NCBI GenBank assembly: GCA_964016885.1 | Contig: OZ024743.1 | Span: forward strand, 262,694,001 to 262,758,000 | Source: Eledone cirrhosa | Taxonomy: Eukaryota | Reading direction: 5' to 3' | DNA: 64,000 nt | Shown: in pieces, positions 1 through 12,139 of the stretch | Layout: each line of letters opens with the position of its first letter | Numbering within the stretch: the first letter of the stretch is position 1 | Translations under genes and position numbers: made by a program | Notes under the pieces: model-generated | Database searches by the model: none | Told to the model about the DNA's origin: nothing | What the model saw: only the letters and a program-made list of their open reading frames with translations

Positions 1-52
1 TATATATATATATATATATACATATACACACATATATACATACATACATACA

Positions 53-281
53 CAAAATAAAAATAAAGGGAAGGAAGGGGTATTCAAATAGTAGGGCATA
101 CGACAAATAAAAAACAAAGATATAAATGTTTATAGCTGATTAAGAGCACTCAACAGTTCATTGGAGCAAATAATCAATAAAAGTAAGCATTGAAAAACTC
201 TGTATGTAATTATGCATATACATACAAAACCATACATACACACACACGCACACACACAACCAACTACATACAAATATATAT

Positions 282-380
<99 letters not shown>

Positions 381-552
381 TATATATATATACACACATA
401 TATATATGTATATATATATACACACACACTAATATACACACACACATAAGTACAAAGGGTTACAACACCACATAAATAAAAATACACACACACACATATA
501 TATATATATACATACACATATACATATATATAAAAAATGTATACATACTTAT

Positions 553-616
<64 letters not shown>

Positions 617-3001
617 TTATATACACATATACACACATATACACGACAACATACATACACGTAAAATTAATATCTAAAAATCAAAAGGGGGTGGGTATGT
701 AAAGAATAAGATAGAGAGTAGGTGGGAATAAGGAAAATAAATAACATAAGAAAAAGTTAAAAAATAAGAGGAGATAAGAGAGAAAAAGAAAATAAGGGTA
801 CAGAAAGTGAGTTCAGAGAGTAATAAAAGTCGTAGTAGATGTAAGGCGTAAAGAGCAAAGAAGAAGTTCAAGGAGGTTAAGTCATCGTAGTAAAGAAGAA
901 GTTCAAGGTGGTTGAGTCATCGTAGGAATGTCAATCCAGTTACAGAGCAGATGTGATTTCAGGTGAGGACAACATCTGAAGATCTCGATCTTGGAGTTAA
1001 GGCAAGTTGAAGTGGCTTTCAAATTCTGTAGAATTCTAAACTTTTCAGTGGTACACAAAGAACAATTCTTTGTGCCCCTTTGGTATTCCCTCGAATGGTC
1101 TAAAATAGACCAATCGATAGAGTACGGGATGTTATTATCTTTGAATTCTCACACCTTATTAGCGAGGGCCGTTGCTGTTCTTTTATCAGAGTGTTTAAAA
1201 GAAGCGACATGTGCATAAAACCTGGTTTTGAACCTGTCTTGAATCATACCAACATATCGTTCACTCCTGGCTGGCTGGTTGTTAATCAAAGGTGTTACTT
1301 TGGCCTCATATACAACGGATTTGGTGTTACATTTGCCCTGTAATGGGCATTCATCCGGATTCCTGCAACTGCATCCTGGATTTATTCTCGTACGATTAGA
1401 GTTGGTGATTTTAGACTTCATAGATGGGCAGCAAAAGTAACTAATTTTAACTACATTTCTATTAAATACCTTATAATATCGATCATTAGGGGGAAAATGC
1501 TTATCTAGGAGGTCAAGGAATTTCCTTCCTACATTAGTTTTGACAGTTAGAGAGAAGGGGGTGTAAACCAAATAATTTTCCTTTTCCTATTATTGTGATT
1601 AGTTTCAGGGGGAGGGGTAGGTAAATATGTAATCTGTTCTGTAAAGCCGCTGTTATTGAGGGCTTTATTATAATAAGGGGCAGCTTTATTAAAAATGTCT
1701 AGAGAAGAAGATAAAGTAGAAATCCTAAGACTAATATTGGGAATAAGATTTTTTTAAATTATAGGGGGATGGCAAGACTCTTTGTGTATATATCTTAGAT
1801 TCTCGTTAGGTTTATGATAAGGTTTTAAAAAGGCAGTAAGTAGATCAAGATAGTATATCGATATTATGGGTGTGGAGAAGGAATAATCCTACCAAGTCAC
1901 ACACATCTGCACTGTCATATGAACCCATTGCAACATCGAAAGAGTAGAGTTTTCCTAGCACGAAAAATAATGTCTTCTAATTTAGAAATATTAATGAAAG
2001 GTCTTGCAAAATCTAAGGCTTTATTTAATAAGGAAACAGTAATAGAGGGGTTAAATTCAACAATATCGAATTGGGTAAATCTACACTTATTTGTACATTA
2101 TTAAACCAAGAAATAACAGAGGGTGTATTTAACCATTGTGATAAGTCAGTCTTAGTTCTAATTTTGAAAATTATTTTTCTTAAGATTTTTTTACTTGCAA
2201 AGCCAACTTCGGATTTAGCCGGGTTAATCAATCTACAACTAGGTCGATTAGTAAAGTCTAATTTATGGTCTTTAAGGGTAATATAAGTTTTACGTTTAGC
2301 TAGGCTTTCAATCCGGTTGTCTATTTAAAAAAAAACTAGCTAGTTCTTTAGCTTCGTTATTAATAGTATTGTAGGTGTTATTGTTAGTTAATTGATATTT
2401 GTAGGTGATACTATTGGTTAAAAGTTGGTTATACAAAATACTATTAACTTCAAAGAGATTTTTAGTTTTATCGGAAAGAACAAAGGTGTTTGTAGAATTT
2501 TTAAGATAAGAGATATCGTTAGAAAGTTTAGTTTGAAAGTTATTGTTGTACTTACGAAATTTGATATCACTAATTAAATTAACAAGGTCTAATTCGAAGT
2601 TGGCCATGTCTATTTACGGGATTTTATGTCAAAACAATCATTTGTATCAGCACTGAATAGTCCATCGTAAACCATGCCTTCCATCTCATTCTTTTAACGA
2701 CTTGTTCAATTTTATCTATAAGCAGTTTGGTATAAGTTGTGTTGGAAGGAGTAGGTATATTTTTGATTGAATAATCCAAATCATAAAGGTCCATGGTGTA
2801 TGTTGGTTAAATTCCTGAAAACTGTAGAGTGCTCAACTTTTCGGGCTGGAAGGTGCCAATCATATATGTAATATAGAATATGCTTCAATCAATCCCGGTT
2901 GGAGCTGTATAAATGAGCTATAAACATTTATACCTTTTTTTTTTATTTGTCGTATGCCCTACTATTTGAATACCCCTTCCCTGATTTTATTTTTATTTTG
3001 T
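53..3001. repeat. ~85-bp inverted repeat pair (53-135 / 2917-3001) bracketing the first PLE
   Basis: ggggtattcaaatagtagggcatacgacaaataaa at ~77 is the reverse complement of tttatttgtcgtatgccctactatttgaatacccc at ~2942. Confidence 0.8.
950..2794 (-). mobile_element. Penelope-like retroelement, decayed RT + GIY-YIG ORF with internal deletions
   Basis: N-terminus MDLYDLDYSIKNIPTPS..KRMRWKAW from ATG at 2794; fragments SDKTKN (2308-2607) and LINPAKSEVG (2025-2231); GIY-YIG CSCRNPDECPLQGKC..VVY..YVG..FKTRFYAH (1149-1571); frameshifts and stops. Confidence 0.9.
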
Positions 3002-3068
3002 GTATGTATGTATGTATATATGTGTGTATATGTATATATATATATGTGTATATATATGTGTATATATG

Positions 3069-3116
<48 letters not shown>

Positions 3117-3142
3117 AAATTTAAAATAAATTTTTATGTATT

Positions 3143-3213
<71 letters not shown>

Positions 3214-3252
3214 ATATTAATAAATGGAAACTATATTTATAAAACCATATTT

Positions 3253-3316
3253 ATTTTATTATATATATTTCAAGGGCAACCAAGGCAAATTATGGTGCAC
3301 TTTCATCAGATAAAAT
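3253..3316 (-). ncRNA. Type I hammerhead ribozyme
   Basis: Reverse complement of the 3469-3532 motif. Confidence 0.8.
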
Positions 3317-3468
3317 ACAGATTTGTTTTATAAATAAATATTGACATACCCGGAAAAAAAGACAACCTTAACGGTTGGAGATTCCTGGATAGGCTATCCA
3401 GGAATCTCCAACCGTTAAGGTTGTCTTATTTCCGGGTATGTCAATATTTATTTATAAAACAAATCTGT

Positions 3469-3532
3469 ATTTTATCTGATGAAAGTGCACCATAATTTGC
3501 CTTGGTTGCCCTTGAAATATATATAATAAAAT
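3469..3532 (+). ncRNA. Type I hammerhead ribozyme
   Basis: attttat CTGATGA aag..ctt GAAA tatata TA ataaaat; stem I attttat/ataaaat; palindromic minimal stem III. Confidence 0.8.
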
Positions 3533-3978
3533 AAATATGGTTTTATAAATATAGTTTCCATTTATTAATATATTGTGTATTTACTCCACTAATCTGTTGA
3601 GTGCTTTATATCAGTTATAAACATGTTTAAGCTTGTTGAATCCCAACAAATTAAATATAACCTCTGCATATATATATATATATATGTATATGTGTGTATG
3701 TCTGCATGTGTGTATGTATATATATGTATATGTGTGCGTGTATATATATATACATATATTTATATATATATATATATATATATATAAATATATGTATATG
3801 TATATATATATACACGCACACATATACATATATATACATACACACATGCATACATACACACATATACATATATATATATGTATATGTATATAGAGTATAA
3901 ATATTGAGTTTTCTCATCAGTTAATCACTACCTTGATTAAATCTTAACCATCTAACATGTCAGGGTATGTCATGTATC

Positions 3979-4043
3979 ATTTTATCTGATGAGGACGTAC
4001 TATTGAACTTAATTCAGTACCTCTGAAATATGTATAATAAAAT
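3979..4043 (+). ncRNA. Type I hammerhead ribozyme in pLTR fragment 3895-4087
   Basis: attttat CTGATGA ggacgtact..agtacctct GAAA tatgta TA ataaaat. Confidence 0.75.
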
Positions 4044-4084
4044 TTAATTGATCACAAGAATATCTATTTTGTTAATATTTGAAT

Positions 4085-4117
<33 letters not shown>

Positions 4118-4143
4118 TATATATATGTAAATACATATACATG

Positions 4144-4174
<31 letters not shown>

Positions 4175-4176
4175 CT

Positions 4177-4271
<95 letters not shown>

Positions 4272-4313
4272 CGATATTAAATAAATGGAAACTATATTTA
4301 TAAAACCATATTT

Positions 4314-4377
4314 ATTTCATTATATATATTTCAGGGATATCATATTAACAATATGTTATGCCTTCTTCAGACAAAAT
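4314..4377 (-). ncRNA. Degenerate hammerhead ribozyme (CUGAAGA core)
   Basis: revcomp attttgt CTGAAGA agg..cct GAAA tatata TA atgaaat; downstream flank matches the 3532-3576 family. Confidence 0.6.
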
Positions 4378-4698
4378 ACAATATAGACAGTTTTATAGAT
4401 AAATAGATTTGACATACCATTCAACATCGACTTGTATTTGAAAAAGTTGATTTGGCAGTGAAAAATTGTAAACAGAAAGAAAGAAAGAAAGAAAGAAGGA
4501 AAGAAAGAAAGAAAGAAAGAAAACGAAGAAAAAGAAGAAAAAGAAGAAATGCATGCAACAAAATAGAGAGATGGAAAGATAGATAAAGAGAAGAACTTCA
4601 TGTAAAGAAACAGAGAGAGATATATAGAGAGAGGAAATAGATAGAGATAGATATATATAGAGAAAAGTAGGTAGTTGGACGACGTATCAATGATACAT

Positions 4699-4729
<31 letters not shown>

Positions 4730-5766
4730 GCTCTAGTATTAATGTAAGGGAGAAATATGTCGTTAGGAAAGAAACCAGCCGTTATATATAGAGAAAAATG
4801 AAAAGTAACCAGACATAGGCGAGGCAGAATTCAAAAACCCTATGTTTTAATGTAGAAGTATTAGTTCGTATAAAAACCAGGCACTATAATGTAAATATCA
4901 GTATTCCTGAATGAGATACGTATCTATAATGTGTGAAAAGTAATGATCTTATGTCTAGTTTTAAAAATTCATATGTTTATATGATAACTACAAACATCGA
5001 TGTGAATTTACGTGATCAACTCTGCAAACCCCTATTTCACACGGAGAACATTCTCATTGTGCTATAAAAATTTAAGTATACATATATGTGTATATATACA
5101 CACATATATATAGAGTCTATATTAATTTTAACAATACTATTCTTGTCTTTACTCTACATGATTATCTATCAAGCAGAAATAGAGAACAGATTTCAATATA
5201 TTAATAAAAATATCAGAAACAAAAACAAAAAATAATAATAATAATAATAATAAAAATAAAAATAAAAATAAAAATAAAAATAAAAATAAACAAATAAATA
5301 AAATAGAAAACTAAAAAATATTACATATTAAAAATGAAAATATTAAAAATATTAAAAAATATTATTAAAAAATATTAAAATAATAAAAATAAAAACATAA
5401 TATGCCACGCAAATCGACCACAAAGATCAACCCTTCAAAATAAATTGACAATATATTGCCAAGTTCATTATAAGCATCAGAGTCGAAAACAGATAAAGCT
5501 AAAAATTATTTACCAAATCGCGTCTAGCAGAAATCATTTCAAAAGTTTAGGATGCCCATTTGGTCTACATATGTTCTTATATTTAATATAGAAGTTTATC
5601 TAGTGTAACGTTTATTCGATATATTTGGAGCATCAACTTTTAGGGTAGTTTAATTTTTCATGAAGAATGTTTAAAATAAAAATAAAAATAAAAAGAAGAA
5701 TAAAAAGAAGAAATCGAAAGATTTATCGGCTAGTTTCCCAAATAATTACAAATCAAACTAAATATA

Positions 5767-6650
5767 CTACATTTTAAATTTAAATTTATATTTAAAAGTT
5801 GAATTCAATCTATGTTTGCAGCAACTGAATAAATTTGTCCGTAGATTAAGGGAATTTTTAGATTTTAGTATAAAGAATATCTCCTCCGCGCAGAGGTCAC
5901 ATGTCTCGGAGGATGAATTAAAAGGAATCCCTTTTGAGACTATATTCCAAGCCGTCGAATATCTAACGTTATCTTGCCTAAGTTGCCAGAGTACGCCTGA
6001 TAGTGCTGTTGAAGATTTTTTGCTTGGATCTGTGAAAGAATTCTTGTGGTTATTATAGCGAAGTTTAAATTCCGTCGATGTGGAACCGACGTAGTTAAAA
6101 GAATTAGAGTCCGTTTTAACATTACAGTTGTATATTATATTTTTAACTAAGCAGTTGTTATTTAACGGACATTTAGATCTATCTCTACAGTTACATTTGT
6201 TAACTTGTATATTATTTATGCTATTATCGCTAGGTTTTAAGTTCCTATTATTTATTCTATTAATATTTTGTGCTAAATTTTTGGTGGATGAGTAGGTTAA
6301 TTTTATAGTATGTCTATTGAAAATTGAGTGATACCTATGTGTTCTAGGGAAGCGATTATCAAGAGCTTTAAAAAATAGTTTAGCGATGTGGGTTTTAATG
6401 TTTAGTGAGAAAGGGGGGGGGGGGGGCAAACCATATTATGTTTCTAGTTCTATTTCTTTTTTTGGCTTTTGGAATTATTGTAATGCTTTCTATTATAGTT
6501 GTTAAGATTGTGGCCGTAATTAAAATAGTTGTTATTTTGTTTAGTTTGTCTATCATTATCTATGTACATAATCTTATCACTATATCCTGCTCTAGCTAAC
6601 GCTTCATTGTAGTAATGGGCTTTTTCGTCGAAAATCTTTCTATTAGACGA
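5767..6650 (-). mobile_element. 5'-truncated Penelope-like element (RT thumb end + GIY-YIG)
   Basis: YYNEALARAGY; PPFSLNIKTHIAK..CNCRDRSKCPLNNNC..IIY..YVGST..FKLRYNNH..CDLCAEE. Confidence 0.9.
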
Positions 6651-7084
6651 CACACACACAAACACATATAGGTTTGGCGGTTAAATTTCAAAATATTTAA
6701 TTTATGTTATTTCAGGGTAAAGAATCAACATTTTATGTTTTAAAAGTTGATGGGTATTTGTATTAATATTATAATATAATTATGTTAAATTTCTAAAATT
6801 CAAAATTTTATGAAGACAAATTTAAAGGATTTACGAAGCCCGCGAAAGAAAGAAAATATACATATAGTGTTCAATATTCCCACAAAGGTAATCTTTAACA
6901 AAATTACTTATAACACTGACAACATTTTCTATAATATAATTTATGAGATATTTTCAGTTATAACTATTAAAGAATTTATTGTTAAATAGTTATAGTGCCT
7001 AAAGTATTAGCAGGTCTTATAATTAAACCTAAAGAAGTCAGAGTTTTCAGCTATATATATATGTGTGTATTGATCATAATACCA

Positions 7085-7235
7085 GGACTATAATTTATTA
7101 TTTGTTCATATATTATATTAAGTAAGTGATTATATAAGTTCGACCTTCTAGGGAAAACCGAACTATAATTTATTATTAGTTCATATATTATATTAAGTAA
7201 ATGATTATATAAGTTCGACCTTCCAGGGAAGACCA
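7085..7235. repeat. Tandem repeat, ~75-bp unit x2
   Basis: actataatttattat..ttcatatattatattaagtaa.tgattatataagttcgaccttc.agggaa occurs twice. Confidence 0.8.
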
Positions 7236-7279
7236 AACACTTATAATAATGTCATTTGGGTGTTTACATTATCTATATA

Positions 7280-7685
7280 AGTGTAACTACGGTTATGTTA
7301 TTATCCTAGATAAAAAATATTTGTATAAAACTATATATAGATGTACTAGGTATTAATGAAATGGTAAACATTTAATAAAAATAGTAATTATAATCATTGT
7401 TATTAGTTTTATACAAATGTAACTATGATTATGTTATTATACAATATAAATATATTTGTACAAACTATACATAGAGATATACTAAGTATTAATGAAATGG
7501 TATACATTTAATAACGAATAACCATTATAATCTTTGTTAGTAGTTTCATACATGTGTAACTACGATTATCTTATTACACTAGATAAAGATATTTGCACAA
7601 ACTATACATTGATATACTAGATATTAATGAGACGGTATATATCCAATAAAAAATAGCGATTACAAACACTGTTAGTAGTTCTACC
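7280..7685. repeat. Tandem repeat, ~135-bp unit x3
   Basis: tgtaactacg.ttat.ttatta at ~7283, ~7418 and ~7555, each followed by aaactata..actar.tattaatga. Confidence 0.75.
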
Positions 7686-8199
7686 TTCAGTTCAGTGGAG
7701 AGATAAACCAATATTTGTCTGCTAATATAGTTTGTTAAATATACATAAAAAGCAAAGCGCAAAACCAACTTTCTGAGCCCTCAAAATGAGTAAAATACAT
7801 ATATATATATATATATATAAAATATATACATATATATAAAAATGTAAACGCATGAATGATCCACATTTCAAATTAAAGTTGGTAAAATTTACAGGTTAGA
7901 TATCTAAACTATATATTTAAAACAGAAATAGAAAAATAAAGATCTGAATCAAAGTTAAAAATATCCCAAAAAAAACATAGGTTATGCATATCCATCCAGC
8001 AAACAAGTTATTAAACAAGTGTCACTCATTCAAACATTAGTTCCATTATTAATGATTAAAAGATAAAGCATTATTAAAGTTTTATAAGCCGTTATGATTT
8101 ATATGTTCAACAGTTGATGATGTACGTCGAAAACCAGGCTTGGTTGCTTACTGTTTTTTCCTGACTTTATTCGAGGCTTGGAATGTAGATAAAGCTTTA

Positions 8200-10033
8200 T
8201 GAAGGCAGTTTGAGAATAATTCACTTTTTTTGTTAATTAAGTTTTCATAATTATTAATTATGTCTCCTTTGTACAGAGGCCACAGTTAATTGATATACTT
8301 GAGTTGAGATAAACTCCACTATTACAAAGTTTCGTCCAAAAGATCGAGTATTTAAAATTTTTGTCTTTTAATGACCATATAAGCTGTGATAAAGAAGTCG
8401 AAGATTTCTTATTAGAATTCGAGAATGAGCATTTATGATTCGCAAATCTAGCCTTAAATGTAGAAAAAGTCGCTCCTATGTTGTTGTATGTGTTGTTATT
8501 TGTTTTTACGGGCGGTGAATTGGCAGTATCGGTAGAGGGTCGGACGCCATGCTTTGACGTATAGAGTTACGGCCCTTGCCATTCTGAGTTCAAATCCTGC
8601 CGAGGTTAACTTTGCCTTTCATCCTTATGGGGTCGATAAAATAAAGTACCAGTAATCTACTGATAATTGCTGGCCTTGTGCCAAAAGTAGAAACAGTTAT
8701 TTGTTTTTACGGTGCATTTATACACCAAATTTCTATCCAAACAATTATTTTGCAGAGGGCAATCTGGTTTATTTCTACAATTACATTTTGATTATTATTA
8801 TTTATGTTAACACTATCATTAATATCATTATGTTGATTTTGATTTAGAATTTTACTGTTTATTTTAGCAATGTTTTGGGCCATATTCATAGTTGTAGAAT
8901 AAGATAATTTAATAGTGTGTCTATTAAAAATGGAATGGTATTTATGTTGACTAGGGAAAGAGCTATCCAAAGCTTTAAAGAATAGATTAGCTATTGGTGT
9001 CCTTACTGCTACAGAAGCAGGGGGTGGGGGGCAAACCATATAACTGATTTAGTTCTGGTTCTTTTCCTCGATTTGTTCACAGTATAGGTGTTTGAATTAT
9101 AATTACTAGAATTTATAGAATTTCGTTTATATATGCCATTATTTTTATCAGGATTAAAACTTGGACTATTATTATCTACATATTCTATATTATTTTCATA
9201 ACTTGCCCTTTTTAGCGCTTCATTGTAATATCCTGCATTTTCATCAAATATTGCTTTATTGGCAGATATTCTATTAATATGTTTTTGCACACTATTTACA
9301 ATTGCTTTTTTCACTGACTTAGGGTGATTGGAGTAATAACTAACGTAATTTAAGTTTTCATTGGGCTTATGGAAAGGGTAATAAAAACCAGAGTTTAAGT
9401 TAAACGTAGCATCAAGGATATTAACTATTTTGGTACCACTTTCTACTTCTAGCTTAAGGTCATACATTTTAAAGAATTCAATTATATTTTTCTTTATTCT
9501 ATTTAGTTCAATATTGTTGTGTTTGACAACCGTACATAAAATGGCGTCCCTATATAAACCACCGGTAATCTCCGGCAGTTTTCTATTTATAATATTTAAT
9601 ATGAACATCCCCAGAAGATCTGTGATTTGCGCTGAATCAGATGACATTATGGTAATATCAAAGTTTCTATTTCTATCTGAGCGGGTCCAATATTCATTGT
9701 CGAAGTTAATAAGAGTTCTTCTAGCTGTTAATATGATATCAATTTCATCCATAGTTATATCAGTATGCTTGTAAGCGTATGATAGAGCCTTATTTAGTAG
9801 GTTAGGCGTTATGGAAGAATAATAGCTTGTTATGTCCATCTGGATGAATTTACAGTTTTTCTTATCATCTATATTCTTATACCATTCAATGACTTCGTTT
9901 GTATCTTTCCACAAGCTCAATTTAGACCTCAATTTCAGAGTAGGTAGAATACTATCAATAATATTTTTACTGATTACTCCAATATCCGATTTGGATGGAG
10001 CAATCAGTCTAACTGGCAGGTCCTCCTCGAAGT
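8200..10033 (-). mobile_element. 5'-truncated Penelope-like element (RT + GIY-YIG), interrupted by a SINE
   Basis: RLIAPSKSDIG, FIQMDITSYYSSI, GLYRDA (YRDD motif), SNHP, WFAP; GIY-YIG continues past the SINE to ~8200. Confidence 0.92.
8511..8695 (+). mobile_element. tRNA-headed SINE family A with 16-bp TSD
   Basis: A-box-like tggcagtatcgg, B-box gagttcaaatcc, body gcctttcatccttatggggtcgataaa; TSD gttatttgtttttacg at 8495-8510 and 8696-8711. Confidence 0.9.
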
Positions 10034-10206
10034 TTCAGTACCTCTGAAATATGTATAATAAAATGTAATTGATCACAAGAATATCTATTTTGTTAATATT
10101 TGAATTAATATTAATAACTCTGAAAAATATCCTCTGTAGAGTGCTTCCAATCTACTGTAAAACTCATTCTTTGATGTACTCATTGAATCTTGTTTAACTC
10201 TTTAAT
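10034..10206 (+). mobile_element. pLTR 3' fragment (half HHR + tail) fused in inverted orientation to the PLE 5' junction
   Basis: Nearly identical to 4012-4087, then continues ~100 nt to (TA)n. Confidence 0.75.
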
Positions 10207-10216
10207 ATATATATAT

Positions 10217-10285
<69 letters not shown>

Positions 10286-10286
10286 C

Positions 10287-10329
<43 letters not shown>

Positions 10330-10339
10330 AACCAGTAAG

Positions 10340-10433
10340 ACCCCGACAGCTGAGCTCAAGCCGTTTCGACGGCTAATTCTGGACTAAATGAAAATTTATC
10401 CTGGTATTTAAATAGCCGATCTTCTCAAGGGGT
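10340..10433 (-). ncRNA. Hammerhead ribozyme, U3-A8 variant
   Basis: Reverse complement of 11486-11579. Confidence 0.8.
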
Positions 10434-11085
10434 AATTCCATATATGGTCAAAGTGATTGTCAAAAATCAGTAGTAATTCTGTGGTTGCAAATTAGTAGGG
10501 GAGATGGTGGCTAAACCTGCCAGTAGGAGAAAGAGGGGAGGGGGTGGAGTAGACCCAATCAAGCGTTGGTAGTGCCAGCTACAGCTGGGCATGAGGTCAA
10601 AGAAGATACAGGGGAGGGGGAGGGGGAGGAAGTCGGAACGGTAGGTAGAACAATGGGGGGTAGAAATAGGAAAGAAAAAATACTGAGAGTGAAGAAAAGC
10701 AAATAAGTGTAAAGAAAAAGAAAAAGTAAAGTAAATTAAATTCAACGACCTAGGTGTCAGGCTATTGTTAGGCGAGAATAAAATAAAGAAAGAAGTAAAT
10801 AAATAAATAAATAAATAAATAAGGAAATAAGTAAGAGAACTAGGTGGGACGGATAAGGCAAGGACCCTTTTAAGAGGTATAAGTACGTAAATGATACGGT
10901 GACGGGTCAACAAAAGGGGCCAAAATACTAAAGAGACTACCACGAAATAAACATTGTTTATTTCGTGGTAGTCTGTTTAGTATTTTGGCCCCTTTTGTTG
11001 ACCCGTCACCGTATCATTTACGTACTTATACCTCTTAAAAGGGTCCTTGCCTTATCCGTCCCACCTAGTTCTCTTACTTATTTCC

Positions 11086-11116
<31 letters not shown>

Positions 11117-11485
11117 CTTCTTTCTTTCTTTCTTTATTTTATTCTCGCCTAACAATAGCCTGACACCTAGGTCGTTGAATTTAATTTACTTTACTTTTTC
11201 TTTTTCTTTACACTTATTTGCTTTTCTTCACTCTCAGTATTTTTTCTTTCCTATTTCTACCCCCCATTGTTCTACCTACCGTTCCGACTTCCTCCCCCTC
11301 CCCCTCCCCTGTATCTTCTTTGACCTCATGCCCAGCTGTAGCTGGCACTACCAACGCTTGATTGGGTCTACTCCACCCCTCCCCTCTTTCTCCTACTGGC
11401 AGGTTTAGCCACCATCTCCCCTACTAATTTGCAACCACAGAATTACTACTGATTTTTGACAATCACTTTGACCATATATGGAATT

Positions 11486-11579
11486 ACCCCTTGAGAAGAT
11501 CGGCTATTTAAATACCAGGATAAATTTTCATTTAGTCCAGAATTAGCCGTCGAAACGGCTTGAGCTCAGCTGTCGGGGT
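11486..11579 (+). ncRNA. Hammerhead ribozyme, U3-A8 variant
   Basis: acccc TTGAGAA gatcggcta..tagccgtc GAAA cggcttgagctcagct GTC ggggt; stems I, II and III all pair. Confidence 0.8.
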
Positions 11580-11671
11580 CTTACTGGTTCCTATTACCCA
11601 CTCTACTACCTCAAGTATTGAGTACTTTGGTGCGTTATGGTCCACCTGGTTCCTTACCACATTTCCTTCGT

Positions 11672-11705
<34 letters not shown>

Positions 11706-11745
11706 TACAAATATAAATAAAATAGATGTTCTTTTGATCAATTAC

Positions 11746-11798
11746 ATTTTATTATATATATTTCGGATGTACAACAGTACGTCCTCGTCAGACAAAAT
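11746..11798 (-). ncRNA. Type I hammerhead ribozyme in pLTR fragment 11700-11880
   Basis: revcomp attttgt CTGACGA ggacgtac tgtt gtacatcc GAAA tatata TA ataaaat. Confidence 0.82.
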
Positions 11799-11878
11799 AT
11801 AATGATACATGACATACCCTGAGATGTTAAATGGTTAAGATTTAATCAAGGTAGTGATTAACCTAATGATTATACCCT

Positions 11879-11972
<94 letters not shown>

Positions 11973-12139
11973 ATGTGCGTGCGTGTGTACGTACTTATGC
12001 GTATGTGTGTATGTAACTTTATAGCTTTTATATTTATGTTTTTATCTTTAAGAAATGTTTATACTATATGTGTGTATGTGGTTGTATGCATTTATGTGTG
12101 CGTGTATATGTATTTGTATGTATATACTCTTTTGTGTCT

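Larger units (their letters stand above)
3209..3576. repeat. Near-perfect 368-bp palindrome of PLE pLTR-type sequence, with an unpaired tail to ~3670
   Basis: Centre tggatag-g-ctatcca at 3393; arms match apart from one mismatch/indel site. Confidence 0.95.
10325..11673. mobile_element. Head-to-head palindromic pLTR pair of young PLE family B (centre 10954)
   Basis: Arms 10325-10953 and 10955-11594 are near-identical reverse complements; 79-nt unpaired tail; (TA)n on both sides; same sequence as 59105-59743. Confidence 0.95.

Noticed and set aside
8511-8600. tRNA genes
   Set aside because: A/B boxes belong to SINE heads; no cloverleaf
10467-11408. Duplicated hydrophobic ORFs (also 56780-59601)
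   Set aside because: T-rich pLTR/3'UTR sequence; frames are broken by indels between copies
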